A program made the translations under genes and the position numbers. A DNA stretch of 64,000 nt from Vulcanimicrobiota bacterium (GTDB lineage Bacteria; Vulcanimicrobiota; Vulcanimicrobiia; Vulcanimicrobiales; Vulcanimicrobiaceae): assembly GCA_963777315.1 (NCBI GenBank), contig CAVZQC010000004.1, positions 768,001 through 832,000 on the forward strand, read 5' to 3'. The notes under the pieces were generated by a model. The model worked only from the letters and a program-made list of their open reading frames with translations, had not been told where the DNA came from and searched no databases. Shown here one piece after another: positions 47,318-57,577 of this stretch (position 1 is its first letter; every line of letters begins with the position of its first letter).

Positions 47318-47954
47318 CGACCACGCCTTGCGCGGGCACGTCGAGTTCATCGACTATCAGCGTTTTCGGATCGTACCACACCGTTATCTGCGTCATGTTG
47401 TTGAACGATAGCTGCTGATCTCCCGCCGGAACGCCCGCGGGCCTATCCGGTTTGAGCGCGGCGTCGACGGTCAGCGGGAAGCCCTTACCGTACATCGGAA
47501 CGATCGCGATCACCGGCTGTCTGTTCCAGGCTTGGAGCTGCGCCGGCAGCGCGAAAAACCCGCTGAACGGACCGAAGTCGAGCAGTACGAAGTGTTTGGC
47601 ATCGGCCGCCAGATCGTACTTGGCGTTCAGGTCGCCGCTTTGCGTGGCTTGAGAACCGCTGAACGAAACGGTCGACTTCATCGACTTGCTGTCGGCGAGC
47701 GACGCTACGGCCGTGTACTCGCTGGGCGCAAGTGCCGAATCCAGCGTCAGGGTGTCCTGAATCGTTCCGCTCTGACCGTTCATGTTTCCCGAGCCCGATT
47801 CCGACAGCACGATCGTACCGGACGAACCGCGCTTGACCGTGATGGCCGTCTTGGCGATCGGAGAGCCGTTCATCGACGAAACGTAGTCGTACGTTCCGTC
47901 GGGCGGTGCGACGGCCGCAGCGGCAACCATTGAGGAGAGGATCAACGCGAGCAT
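47304..47954 (-). CDS. Hypothetical secreted beta-rich protein
   Basis: Signal peptide MLALILSSMVAAAAVA; C-terminal VWYDPKTLIVDEL. Confidence 0.7.
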   Translation of the reverse strand: MLALILSSMVAAAAVAPPDGTYDYVSSMNGSPIAKTAITVKRGSSGTIVLSESGSGNMNGQSGTIQDTLTLDSALAPSEYTAVASLADSKSMKSTVSFSGSQATQSGDLNAKYDLAADAKHFVLLDFGPFSGFFALPAQLQAWNRQPVIAIVPMYGKGFPLTVDAALKPDRPAGVPAGDQQLSFNNMTQITVWYDPKTLIVDELDVPAQGVVVKRV

Positions 47955-49093
47955 GTAGTGGCCTTTCTGTATCGCTTGACCGTGTCGACGAGAGCGTCGA
48001 TCTCGGCCGCCGTGTTGTAACCGTGCGGAGCAACGCGAACGCCGCCCGGACGATACGTCGTCACGATGCCGTCGCTTGTCAGCGCTTTGCCCAGTTCCAC
48101 CGGATCCGCGCCGGGAAGGGTGAAGGTGACTATTCCCGACGATTGCCCCGCACCACGCCTGGACGCGATATGCGCGCCGGCGCCGGCCAAACCTTCCGTC
48201 AAGCGATCGGTCAATGCCAGAACGTGTGCGGCAATGCGTTCGGTTCCCGCCGACGCCAAAACCGAAATCGACTCGTTCAAAGAGAGCGCGCCGATGAAAT
48301 TGGGAGTCCCGCCTTCGAACCGGGTCGCATCCGCGACCGGGGGCTGATCGTAATTCAAAAAGTTCCACATGTCCTCGACGGACCGCCAGCCCGGCATCGC
48401 AAGTTCCAGCCGTTCGAGCAGCGTCTCGCACACGTACAAAAAACTCACGCCCTGCAGCGCGAGCATCCATTTCGCGCCCCCGCAGTAGAGTGCGTCGATT
48501 CCAATCGCCTGCACGTCGATGGGAAATGCGCCCAGACCTTGGATCGCGTCGACGCAAAATAGCGCGCCGTTCTTGCGGCAAATCTCGGCAAGCGCCTGGA
48601 GATCGTGCCGGTAGCCGTCTTCAAACGACACCCAAGACAGGGTCACGATCTTCGTGCGCGCGTTAATGTGGCGGCGCAGCACGTCGGGCGTCAACCGTTC
48701 TCGCGCCGTTTCGATGTACCGAAGATGAACGTCCCGCTTGCGCAGCGTGCGCCAAGGGTGAGCGTTGGCCGGGAACTCGTTATCCGGCAGAATCAGCTCG
48801 TCGCCGGGGCGCCACGGAAAACCGGCCGCAAGCACGTTGGCGCCGTCGCCGGTGTTTCTGAGCATGGCGATCGTTCCGGGCGGCGCTCCGATGAACCGGG
48901 CTGCGGCCGCGCGATACTCGTCCATTCTACGTTCGTACGCGAACGTCCCGACGACCCCCGCACAGGCGTGCGCGTCGATGAAACCGTGCAGCGCCGCGCG
49001 CGTTTGACGCGGAAGTATGCCGACGGCGGCGTGATTGAGATACGTGAGTTTTTCGCAGACCGCAAAATCCGATCGCACAAGGGGCGTAGTCAA
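47942..49093 (-). CDS. Class V PLP aminotransferase / cysteine desulfurase-like
   Basis: YLNHAAVG, EFPAN, VDAIQGLG, GGAKWML, RFEGGT, RVAPHGYN. Confidence 0.9.
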   Translation of the reverse strand: MTTPLVRSDFAVCEKLTYLNHAAVGILPRQTRAALHGFIDAHACAGVVGTFAYERRMDEYRAAAARFIGAPPGTIAMLRNTGDGANVLAAGFPWRPGDELILPDNEFPANAHPWRTLRKRDVHLRYIETARERLTPDVLRRHINARTKIVTLSWVSFEDGYRHDLQALAEICRKNGALFCVDAIQGLGAFPIDVQAIGIDALYCGGAKWMLALQGVSFLYVCETLLERLELAMPGWRSVEDMWNFLNYDQPPVADATRFEGGTPNFIGALSLNESISVLASAGTERIAAHVLALTDRLTEGLAGAGAHIASRRGAGQSSGIVTFTLPGADPVELGKALTSDGIVTTYRPGGVRVAPHGYNTAAEIDALVDTVKRYRKATTCSR

Positions 49094-49725
49094 GTGCGCC
49101 CGATCATCTCCTTGGTATGCCACGCGATGTTGTTTGCGCGATCGCCTACGCGCTCGAGCGCGGCCAGCACGAACAGCATGCGTGTCCCCGCTTTGACGAG
49201 CTCCGGATCGCTTTGCATCTCCTCCTGTAAAGCCTTGACGCCCCGCTTGTACAGCTTGTCCACTTCGTCGTCTTCTTCAATCACGCGCTCGGCGAGGTCG
49301 GCGTCCCGTTCGGTATACGCACGCATGGCATCGAGCAGGATGGCGTGCGCCACTGCGGCAATGCGGTCGATCTCGACCCGCGCCGGACGCAGCGGTACGT
49401 CGGCCAATTTAATTCCGTGCTTTGCGATGTCGACGCCGTAGTCGCCGACGCGTTCGAGATCGGTCGCAATTTCCAGCATCGCGGCAATTTCGCGCAATTC
49501 GCCTGCGACCGGCTGCTGGCGCCAGATGAGTTCGATGCACGACGCTTCGATTTTTCTGCGCAAATCGTCGATGACGTCGTCGCCGGCCACCACGCGCGCG
49601 CCGGCCGCTGAATCCCGCTTTTCCAACGCCTCGACGGCAATGCGGATCGCGTCGCCGACCAGCGCTCCCAGGCGAACGACATCCAAACGCGTGGACTCCA
49701 GTGCCTCGTGATATGCAGTGCGCAC
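49090..49725 (-). CDS. phoU: Phosphate signalling protein PhoU
   Basis: RQQPVAGELR, DLERVGDY, DDEVD, LERVGDRANNI. Confidence 0.95.
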   Translation of the reverse strand: MRTAYHEALESTRLDVVRLGALVGDAIRIAVEALEKRDSAAGARVVAGDDVIDDLRRKIEASCIELIWRQQPVAGELREIAAMLEIATDLERVGDYGVDIAKHGIKLADVPLRPARVEIDRIAAVAHAILLDAMRAYTERDADLAERVIEEDDEVDKLYKRGVKALQEEMQSDPELVKAGTRMLFVLAALERVGDRANNIAWHTKEMIGRT

Positions 49726-49831
49726 GTTGCGAACAGCCTCCTCTTTGTAGGCCTCAGTATAGCGGCAAAGGTTCCGGCGGCGCAATTGGACAACTGAATC
49801 GGCTTTTCGCCCCTTAAGAGAAAGTGCGCTC

Positions 49832-50686
49832 GTGGAGATACGAAAGGTCGGCGTGTGCGGCGCCGGACTGATGGGAAACGGCATCGCGCAGACCTGCGCC
49901 GCTGCACGATTCGACGTGGTTCTCATGGAAGCGGCGGATGCGCCGCTCGAACGCGGAATGCAGACGATCACTAAGTCTCTCGATAAGTTCGTGGAGAAGC
50001 AGAAGCTGGCTTCGACCGAACGCGACGCCATAGTGTCGCGCATCGTACCGACGACGGCGTTGAACGACCTCGCCGGCTGCGACATCGTCATCGAAGCCAT
50101 CGTCGAAAACGTGGAAGCGAAGATCGCGCTCTTTCGAGATCTGGATGCGCTGCTGGCTCCCGAGGCGATCCTTTGCACGAACACCTCGAGCATCTGCGTC
50201 ATCGAACTGGCCGCCAAAACCAAACGGCCGGCCCGCGTTGCCGGTTTGCACTTCTTCAACCCCGTTCCGATTATGAAGCTGGTGGAGGTAGTCCGGACTA
50301 TCGCGACGGCGCAGGACGTCGTCGACACGTTGTTCGAGTTTGCGCGCAAACTGGGCAAAGAACCGATCCTTGCCAAGGACACGACGGGTTTCGTCGTCAA
50401 CCGGCTGCTGGTTCCGTACCTGCTCTACGCGATCAAACTTTACGAGGAGGGGCTGGCAAGCAAAGAAGACATCGACAACGGCATGAAGCTGGGCTGCGGT
50501 TACCCTATGGGCCCGCTCGAATTGCTGGATTTCGTCGGCCTGGATACGACGTATGCGATCGCGCAGATCATGTTCGACGAGTTCAAGGATCCGATGATGG
50601 CGCCGCCTCCGCTGCTGCGGCGCATGGTTCTGGCCGGCCATTACGGGCGCAAGAGCGGAAAGGGTTTCTATGACTACGCACGTTAG
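49832..50686 (+). CDS. hbd: 3-hydroxybutyryl-CoA dehydrogenase
   Basis: GAGLMGNGIA, IEAIVEN, TNTSS, HFFNP, GFVVNR, PMGP, GRKSGKGFY. Confidence 0.92.
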   Translation: MEIRKVGVCGAGLMGNGIAQTCAAARFDVVLMEAADAPLERGMQTITKSLDKFVEKQKLASTERDAIVSRIVPTTALNDLAGCDIVIEAIVENVEAKIALFRDLDALLAPEAILCTNTSSICVIELAAKTKRPARVAGLHFFNPVPIMKLVEVVRTIATAQDVVDTLFEFARKLGKEPILAKDTTGFVVNRLLVPYLLYAIKLYEEGLASKEDIDNGMKLGCGYPMGPLELLDFVGLDTTYAIAQIMFDEFKDPMMAPPPLLRRMVLAGHYGRKSGKGFYDYAR

Positions 50687-51467
50687 TTCGTTCGAAACGA
50701 TCGAGATCGAACGGGACGGGCTGATGGCGGTCGTTACGCTCAACCGACCGCACGTGCTCAACGCGCTCAGCGCGCAGTTGCTCGAGGAGTTTTCCCAAGC
50801 GCTGTCCGAGCTCGAGCGCAACGCCGACGTTCGGGCGATAATCGTGACGGGGAACGGCAAGGCCTTTGCCGCAGGCGCCGATATCGGCGAACTCAACGCG
50901 TTGTCGGGCCCGCTGCAGGCCGCCGAAAAAGCCCGAACCGGACAGGCCGTAACGCGGCAGATCGAGCTCCTGAGCAAACCCGTCATCGTCGCCGTCAACG
51001 GATTTGCGCTCGGAGGCGGGTGCGAGCTGGCAATGGCCGGCGACATCCTCATCGCTTCGGAGAACGCGCGCTTCGGACAGCCGGAAGTCGGGCTCGGACT
51101 CATGCCCGGGTACGGCGGCTCGCAGCGAATTACGCGGCTGTGCGGTCGCGGCATGGCGATGTTCCTGTGCTTGACCGGCGAAATCGTCGATGCAGGCGAA
51201 GCGCTGCGCATCGGATTGGTGCAAAAGGTCGTGCCGCAAGAGCGGCTGCTGGAAGAAGCGAAAAAGATCGCCCAAGCGATCGTCTCGAAAGCGCCGCTGG
51301 CCATCGCAGCGTGCAAACGCGCGATAGACGCGGGAGCCCACTTGTCGATCTCCGACGCGCTCGCGCTCGAAGCGCTCGAATTCGGCGCGCTGGTCGATAC
51401 GAAGGACTTCAAAGAAGGTACGGGAGCGTTTCTGGAAAAACGCCGGCCCGCTTGGCGCGGCGAATAG
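50670..51467 (+). CDS. crt: Enoyl-CoA hydratase (crotonase)
   Basis: LNRP..LNAL, AFAAGADI, GFALGGGCELA, FGQPE..PGYGGSQR. Confidence 0.92.
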   Translation: MTTHVSSFETIEIERDGLMAVVTLNRPHVLNALSAQLLEEFSQALSELERNADVRAIIVTGNGKAFAAGADIGELNALSGPLQAAEKARTGQAVTRQIELLSKPVIVAVNGFALGGGCELAMAGDILIASENARFGQPEVGLGLMPGYGGSQRITRLCGRGMAMFLCLTGEIVDAGEALRIGLVQKVVPQERLLEEAKKIAQAIVSKAPLAIAACKRAIDAGAHLSISDALALEALEFGALVDTKDFKEGTGAFLEKRRPAWRGE

Positions 51468-51481
51468 CCTTTCGGCTCGCA

Positions 51482-52342
51482 GTGCTCTTCTTAGCTTGCG
51501 CGATGGCGCCTGCGGCGGCGCGCGCGGGCGATGCCGGCGCGCGACATTCCGTTGCGCAGATCCGATCGGATGCGCGGCGTCTGCTCGCGCAGCGCGTACG
51601 CCGCTCGGGCTTGGATCCGAAAGTAATCACCATCGCGGACGTCGGCGTCGTTGACGATCAAGCCGTATTGTCGTGGAGCGGGGGCGAACGGCACGGCGTC
51701 ATGGGGTTGGTGCGGCGCTTCAATCGCTGGTGGGACGCATTCGATGAAACCGGCGCCTGCACGAGCGAATCGGTTAAGGGCCTCGTTCCCCCAGAGGGCT
51801 TCTCGCAGCAGCTGCTGTCCGCAGCCGCCGCGCGCGATGCCGGCGGCCGCCCGTCCGAGAGCACCTGCGCGCCTCAAACGTATTCGGACGCATCCGGCAG
51901 CGCGATCGTTTCCGCGGGGGGAGTGGTGCGCCCCAACCGCTCCGCGACGGCGGGATACGCGCTGACGATTTCGTATGCGCGCAACGACGCGGCGCCGGGA
52001 ACGACGTTTTCGCGCGTCTACGTTCGGGCGCCCACGCAGGCGGAAATGCTTGAAAACCCTGTGCCACCGCGCGGATGGGGAGGCCCCGATGCGGTCTGCT
52101 TTTTCGATCTCGAAATTCAAAGCTCGCGCCCGATAACGTTCACCGCCGGCACAAAGGTCGAAGTCTGGTTCCCGTTCGTGCTGGACGACACGCTCAAGTA
52201 CGAGCTGGGTTTCGTCAGCGACGGCACATCGACCGGCCCCGCGTATGCGAGCATCTTCGACAACGCGCTCGACTTTACGCTGCCGTCCTTTTCGATAGCG
52301 CCGAGGCAAACGCTGATGGCCGAGATCGACGCCGACTGGTGA
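51482..52342 (+). CDS. Hypothetical secreted protein
   Basis: Distal part of ORF 51020..52342; signal-like VLFLACAMAPAAARA; start uncertain. Confidence 0.6.
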   Translation: MLFLACAMAPAAARAGDAGARHSVAQIRSDARRLLAQRVRRSGLDPKVITIADVGVVDDQAVLSWSGGERHGVMGLVRRFNRWWDAFDETGACTSESVKGLVPPEGFSQQLLSAAAARDAGGRPSESTCAPQTYSDASGSAIVSAGGVVRPNRSATAGYALTISYARNDAAPGTTFSRVYVRAPTQAEMLENPVPPRGWGGPDAVCFFDLEIQSSRPITFTAGTKVEVWFPFVLDDTLKYELGFVSDGTSTGPAYASIFDNALDFTLPSFSIAPRQTLMAEIDADW

Positions 52343-52343
52343 C

Positions 52344-53570
52344 TTAGCGAGCCTGCGGCCACGTTCGCGCGCCGCTCGTGCGAACGTGCTCCGGACGGAA
52401 TCCGAACCCCACAACGCGCGCGACGGTTCGACGCAGCGGCGCGCAACGGTCGAGCAACAGAGCAGCAGCCGGCGGCGCGATCTCCTCCTGCGCGCACAGC
52501 GCGCGGCTCAGGAACCGCGATTGAACCTGGACTTGCAGCATCTGCGTCAAACGCGCCGGCAACTCGCGCCGCCGCTGGATTGCGCGAAGCACCGCTACAC
52601 CGGCGGGACCGTGCAGGAGCGGGCGGCTCAACGCATTGGCCGCCGCAACCGCGTCTTGAACGGCCAGATTGATGCCCACGCCGCCGACGGGCGACATGGC
52701 GTGCGCCGCGTCACCGATGCACAGCAGCCCAGGGACATACCATCGACGCAGGCGGTCTACCATAACCGTGAGCAGTTTCACGTCGCTCCAGGTCCGGATT
52801 TCGCCCAGCCGGCCGCGCAGAAACGGCGCCAGCGCGCCGACGTCGTCGCGAAATGCGTCGATACCGCGCGCGCGAATGGCCTCGAATCCCCCTTTCCTTA
52901 TCACGAACGCGCATTGATAGTATTCGCCGCGGTCGATTGCGATCAGCATTCCGCCGGCGGCAACGGTTCCGAAGGTTTGCTGCGGGTCCCCGGCATTGCG
53001 AGACACGCGCATCCACAGCGCGTCGATGGGCGCGCCGACGTCGACGACGTCCAGCCGGGCGCGCTCTCTGAGCACGGAATGCCGGCCGTCGCACGCAACG
53101 ACGAGGCCCGCATCGATCGTAGCCTCCCCTTGCGGAGTGCGAGCGCGAACGCCGGCCACGCGCTCGCCTTCGCGGACGAGGTCGAATGCTTCGGTTTGCA
53201 TGAGCAGCGAAAACGTGGGGTACGAGTGCGCCTGCTGCGCCAGCAAGTTCAAGAAATCCCACTGCGGCATGAACGCGATGAACTTGCACCGGCCGGGAAT
53301 CCGGCCAAAGTCCGCGATGCGCAACGTTCGACCGCCGATTCGCGCGGTAAGTTCTGCTACGTTCGAATGCGGAATTGCGAGCAGCCGATCGAGCAATCCC
53401 AATTCGCCCATCACCTGCAGCGTGGACGGATGGATCGTATCGCCTCGAAAGTCGCGAAAGAAATCGGCGTGCTTCTCCAGGACCACCGTCTCGATGCCGG
53501 CGCGCGCAAGCAGCAGTCCGAGCATCATCCCCGCGGGTCCGCCGCCGACTATGCAGCAGCGCACGCGCAC
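52344..53570 (-). CDS. FAD-dependent oxidoreductase (UbiH/monooxygenase family)
   Basis: IVGGGPAG, DFRGDTIHPST, ACDGRHS, IGDAAHAMSPVGGVGINLA. Confidence 0.9.
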   Translation of the reverse strand: MRVRCCIVGGGPAGMMLGLLLARAGIETVVLEKHADFFRDFRGDTIHPSTLQVMGELGLLDRLLAIPHSNVAELTARIGGRTLRIADFGRIPGRCKFIAFMPQWDFLNLLAQQAHSYPTFSLLMQTEAFDLVREGERVAGVRARTPQGEATIDAGLVVACDGRHSVLRERARLDVVDVGAPIDALWMRVSRNAGDPQQTFGTVAAGGMLIAIDRGEYYQCAFVIRKGGFEAIRARGIDAFRDDVGALAPFLRGRLGEIRTWSDVKLLTVMVDRLRRWYVPGLLCIGDAAHAMSPVGGVGINLAVQDAVAAANALSRPLLHGPAGVAVLRAIQRRRELPARLTQMLQVQVQSRFLSRALCAQEEIAPPAAALLLDRCAPLRRTVARVVGFGFRPEHVRTSGARTWPQAR

Positions 53571-53574
53571 GTGA

Positions 53575-54114
53575 TTATCTGCGCGCCGGCTGCACCGGTT
53601 GCTGCAGGGTTTTTTCGGCATGCGCCATGTTCATCTGTACGGCAGGGTTGAAGCCGCTCCAAGTGGCTCGGACTCGGCCGCGCGGATCGATGACGACCAT
53701 TGTGGGAAATCCCTCGATTTGAAAAAAACCGCGTGAAAGAGTCTTCGGGTCCAGTGCCACGTTGCGCAAATGCTCGGCACGCGCGAACGTCTCGACGACT
53801 GCGCGGGGTTCACCGACGTCGACCGGCACGACGTCGACCTCGGGATGCGCGCGCGCGAACGTTTCCACCAGCGGAAGGGAGAGCTTGCACGGCTCGCACC
53901 AGGATGCCCAAAAATCCAGGAAAACGACGCGGCCCCGATGCTGCGTCAGTACGAACGCGTCGTTCGAAAGCGTCGCGTAGCTGACGTGCGGCGCGGGAAA
54001 GGCTGCGGCCTGGCTCAAAAAGCGCGGCGCGACGAAGATCTTGTACAGCACGAACAACACTGCGGCAACCGCCAGCAGATCGAACCACTTCCCCGCGCGC
54101 GCAAAGATCTTCAT
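53575..54114 (-). CDS. TlpA/ResA-family thiol-disulfide reductase
   Basis: N-terminal TM; LDFWASWCEPC; GFPT..IDPRG. Confidence 0.9.
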   Translation of the reverse strand: MKIFARAGKWFDLLAVAAVLFVLYKIFVAPRFLSQAAAFPAPHVSYATLSNDAFVLTQHRGRVVFLDFWASWCEPCKLSLPLVETFARAHPEVDVVPVDVGEPRAVVETFARAEHLRNVALDPKTLSRGFFQIEGFPTMVVIDPRGRVRATWSGFNPAVQMNMAHAEKTLQQPVQPARR

Positions 54115-55329
54115 CTACTGTGCCGCAAACACCGCCGCGATGCCTTGACCGCCGCCGATGCACGCCGACGCCACGGCAAACCCGCCGCCGCGCTCGCGCA
54201 GCTCGTGAATCGCCGTCAGCGCGATGCGCGCGCCCGAGGCTCCGAGGGGATGTCCGAGCGAGATGGCTCCGCCGTGCGGATTCAGACGCGGTCCCGTTGC
54301 CTCGTCCGCATCGGAAAACTGCAGTTCTTTCAAACACGCCAGGACTTGCGGCGCAAATGCTTCGTTGATCTCGATCACCGCCAGGTCGTGGCGATCGATC
54401 CCGGCGGCCTGCAGCGCTTTTGGAATCGCCAAAGCCGGTCCGATGCCCATGATGTCGGGATCGACGCCGACCACGCTTGCGCCGGCCAAACGTCCGATCC
54501 ACGCGATGCCGTCTTGTTTGGCCTGCTTGACGGTCGTGAGCACGACCGCAGCCGCGCCGTCGGTGATTCCGCTGGCGTTGCCGGGCGTCACGACGCCGTC
54601 CTTATGGAAACGCGGCGGCAGTTTACCCAATTTCTCCATCGTCAGGCCCGAGCGCGGGCCCTCGTCCTTGTCGATGACCGTAACGTTGCCTTTTCGATCC
54701 GCGATCTCGATGGGAGCGATTTCTTGCGCAAAATATCCGTTTGCCTGCGCTTGCAGCGCGTGCTCCTGAGAAGCGAGCGCGAACGCATCGCATGCCTGGC
54801 GAGCAACGCCGTACCGCTGCGCGAGGTTCTCCGCCGTAATCGCCATCGGCATGCCGTTGTAAGTATCGGTCAAGGCCTCCCAAAGTGTATCTTCGAACTT
54901 GACGGGCGCTCCCAGCGGCAGGCCCGCTCTGGCGCCGCGCACGACGTGCGGCGCTTGGCTCATCGATTCCGCGCCGCCGGCGAGCGCGTACGTCGACTGC
55001 CCGAGCATCAAGGAATTGGCAGCGGTTAAAATCGCCTGCAGACCGCTGCCGCACAATCGGTTGAGCGTAAGCGCCGGAACGTTCATCGGAACGCCGGCAC
55101 GCAGCCCGGCGTGGCGCGCGAGGTAGATTGCATCGACGCTGGTCTGCATGACGTTGCCGATGACCACGTCGTCGATGCGTTCCTTGGGAACGCCGCTGCG
55201 CGTAATTGCGGCCTGGGAAGCGTGAACGGCGAGATCGGTCGCGGTAAATCCGGCGAGTACGCCGCCGAAGTTTCCCAGCGGCGTGCGCGCGCCTGCGACT
55301 ACGACGACGTCGTTATCTAAGATTGACAT
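54115..55329 (-). CDS. Acetyl-CoA acyltransferase (thiolase)
   Basis: NRLCGSGLQ, NEAFA, GGAISLGHPLGASG, CIGGGQG. Confidence 0.95.
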   Translation of the reverse strand: MSILDNDVVVVAGARTPLGNFGGVLAGFTATDLAVHASQAAITRSGVPKERIDDVVIGNVMQTSVDAIYLARHAGLRAGVPMNVPALTLNRLCGSGLQAILTAANSLMLGQSTYALAGGAESMSQAPHVVRGARAGLPLGAPVKFEDTLWEALTDTYNGMPMAITAENLAQRYGVARQACDAFALASQEHALQAQANGYFAQEIAPIEIADRKGNVTVIDKDEGPRSGLTMEKLGKLPPRFHKDGVVTPGNASGITDGAAAVVLTTVKQAKQDGIAWIGRLAGASVVGVDPDIMGIGPALAIPKALQAAGIDRHDLAVIEINEAFAPQVLACLKELQFSDADEATGPRLNPHGGAISLGHPLGASGARIALTAIHELRERGGGFAVASACIGGGQGIAAVFAAQ

Positions 55330-55371
55330 AGCGGGCGGGGTTTCCAGGCCCCGCGCTGAACCCCCCTTCCG

Positions 55372-56319
55372 ATGCCTATGAACCGCCCAGCGGCCATCAC
55401 TCTTGATGCCCGCTCGCTTTCGCCTGCAAGCAAGGCGGATCAGATTCTCGAGGCGTTCGACAAACTCACGCTCAATGCGATTCTGGAAATCAACGAAGAA
55501 ACCGATCCGCGAGCGCTGCGCAACGAACTGCAGCAGCTGCGTCCGGGAAAGTTCTCGTGGGACGCGCGCAATCTCGGGTCCAACCGCTGGACGGTGCGTT
55601 TGGAGCGCATCGACGAGAATGCGGCCGGCGAAGCGTTTCTACAGCACGTTTCTCCGTTCGCAACCGCGAAAGCCGGTACGGTGCGCGAACTTGCCGGACA
55701 AATGAGCGAACGGCAATTCAAAGCCGGCGAGACCATTTTCGACGAAGGCGAAATGTGGCCGTACCTGGGTGTCGTCAAGCACGGCAAAGTGATCCTCACG
55801 CTCCTCTCGCCCGACGGCAAAACGCATACGCTCGGCGAGCGGCTCACGCACGATACGCTCAACGACTCCGGAACGTTCGATCAAGGCGGCGCCACGACGC
55901 GCGCCGAGGCGCTCACCGACGCGACCGTCGTTACGCTGCCCAGCGAAGCGGTCCTGCACGCGTGCCGCAACGATACGGAACTCGCGCTGGGATTTCTCAC
56001 TGCCGCCTCGCAGGGGCGCCGCCGCTCGATCGACACGATCGCGGATCTGGCCTTCGCGCACGTGCTGCAGCGCGTGGCAAAGTTTCTGCTCGGCTACGCG
56101 CGCGCGTCGGTAGGCATGACGCGCGGTCTTCCCGGCGTAGAGAATCTTTCACAGGCGCAAATCGCCGCGGCCGCTGGCACGGTGCGCGACATGGCGGCGC
56201 GCGCGCTGCTTCGTTTGAAGAATGCGGGCGCGGTCGAATTGGACCGAGGTCGCGTAAAAGCAATCGACCGCGCGCGGCTGGACGCGTTCGCGCAGAACGT
56301 CCATGCGCCCCCGGTGTAG
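55372..56319 (+). CDS. Crp/Fnr-family regulator with N-terminal DUF2249-like domain
   Basis: LDARSLSP..ILEAFDKL..DPRAL..FSW..RWTVRL; cNMP-fold GETIFDEGE; HTH LSQAQIAAAAGTVRD. Confidence 0.85.
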   Translation: MPMNRPAAITLDARSLSPASKADQILEAFDKLTLNAILEINEETDPRALRNELQQLRPGKFSWDARNLGSNRWTVRLERIDENAAGEAFLQHVSPFATAKAGTVRELAGQMSERQFKAGETIFDEGEMWPYLGVVKHGKVILTLLSPDGKTHTLGERLTHDTLNDSGTFDQGGATTRAEALTDATVVTLPSEAVLHACRNDTELALGFLTAASQGRRRSIDTIADLAFAHVLQRVAKFLLGYARASVGMTRGLPGVENLSQAQIAAAAGTVRDMAARALLRLKNAGAVELDRGRVKAIDRARLDAFAQNVHAPPV

Positions 56320-56341
56320 CTCGCCCCCGCAATAAGCATCC

Positions 56342-57577
56342 ATGCTGCGCCAGACCGCGCATCCGACCGAATCGCGCTACGAAATTCTGGGACTCTTTAC
56401 GGTTTCGATGATCGCTACGTCGTTCATCGTCGTCGCGGTCGGAACGCTGCTGCCGTACGTCGCACAGGCATTTCCGCACGAGCAAACGCACATATCGCTG
56501 CTCGTTACGGCGCTTTTGCTTGGCGGGATGCTCACGACAGCGGTCAGCGGAGCTGCGACGGATCGGTTCGGGGACAAGGCGGTGTTGATCGCCTGCGGCG
56601 CGGCCATGGGCGTTGCATTGATCGTTGCCGCCGCCGTGCCGTCATTCGTCTGGATTTTGGCATGGTTCGCCATCTATGGGATGGCCTTTGCCGGGATGAA
56701 TCCCGTCGGCAGCCACGCGATTTTGTACTTCTTCAAACCGCAGGAACGCGGTTTGGCGACGGGCGTTCGGCAAATGGGCATGCCGCTGGGCGGCGTTCTG
56801 GGCGCGATCCTCATTTCCGGTGTTGCGGAATACCTGGGGTATCGCGGCGCGCTGGCCGTGTCGGGTGTAGTCGTGCTGGTGGGAACGATGACCGCAGCGG
56901 CGCTCTACCGCGAGCCCGAGCAGCTGTACGGCAAGCCGGTCAAAGCGGGAGTCTTGCTCAAAGACGTGCTGCGCATGGGGCGAGAAACGCGACTCATCGC
57001 AATCAGCGCCGTGTGCGCCATATTGTTTGCCGTGCAAGTCGCACTCATGGGGTTTTTCCCTTGGACGCTCGTGAACGAGGCGCACGTGTCTGCCGGTTTC
57101 GCCGCGCTCGTTTTTGTGGTATCGCAGTTTGCGGCGGCCGGTGCGCGGCTCTTGTGGGGCTGGATCAGCGATCGGCTCTTTCACGGGGGTCGCATATTGC
57201 CTCTGGCGATCACGTGCGTCCTCTGCGCGCTCTCGTCGTTAGCCGTTGCCGACCTGGCGAACCTGCCCATACCGGCCCTTGCAGCGGTGGCCGTGGCGCT
57301 GGGCTTCTCGGCAGAAGGCTGGTTCGGATTAGCGATTGTCGCCATGGCGGAAGTCGGCGGGGAAGAACACGCGGGCAGCGCGCTGGGCTTCGGCTTGACC
57401 TGGGTCTACCTCGCCGGCGTGATCACGCCGATGATTTTCGCATGGCTCATGCGGCATGCGGGCATTCCTGCTGCATGGCACGCGCTGGCCGCGGTGTCTC
57501 TCATCGGCGTGATTCCGGCTGCGGTTTCGCTTGCGTTCGCGAAACGGTCCGCTACACCAGTTCGACCGATTCCATAG
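56342..57577 (+). CDS. MFS transporter
   Basis: About 12 hydrophobic segments; GAATDRFGDK and GWISDRL motif A. Confidence 0.9.
   Translation: MLRQTAHPTESRYEILGLFTVSMIATSFIVVAVGTLLPYVAQAFPHEQTHISLLVTALLLGGMLTTAVSGAATDRFGDKAVLIACGAAMGVALIVAAAVPSFVWILAWFAIYGMAFAGMNPVGSHAILYFFKPQERGLATGVRQMGMPLGGVLGAILISGVAEYLGYRGALAVSGVVVLVGTMTAAALYREPEQLYGKPVKAGVLLKDVLRMGRETRLIAISAVCAILFAVQVALMGFFPWTLVNEAHVSAGFAALVFVVSQFAAAGARLLWGWISDRLFHGGRILPLAITCVLCALSSLAVADLANLPIPALAAVAVALGFSAEGWFGLAIVAMAEVGGEEHAGSALGFGLTWVYLAGVITPMIFAWLMRHAGIPAAWHALAAVSLIGVIPAAVSLAFAKRSATPVRPIP

Noticed and set aside
49756..49785. Sigma70-like promoter for phoU (TTGCGC-N18-TATACT, minus strand)
   Set aside because: Plausible but weak -35; ordinary and unverifiable from sequence alone
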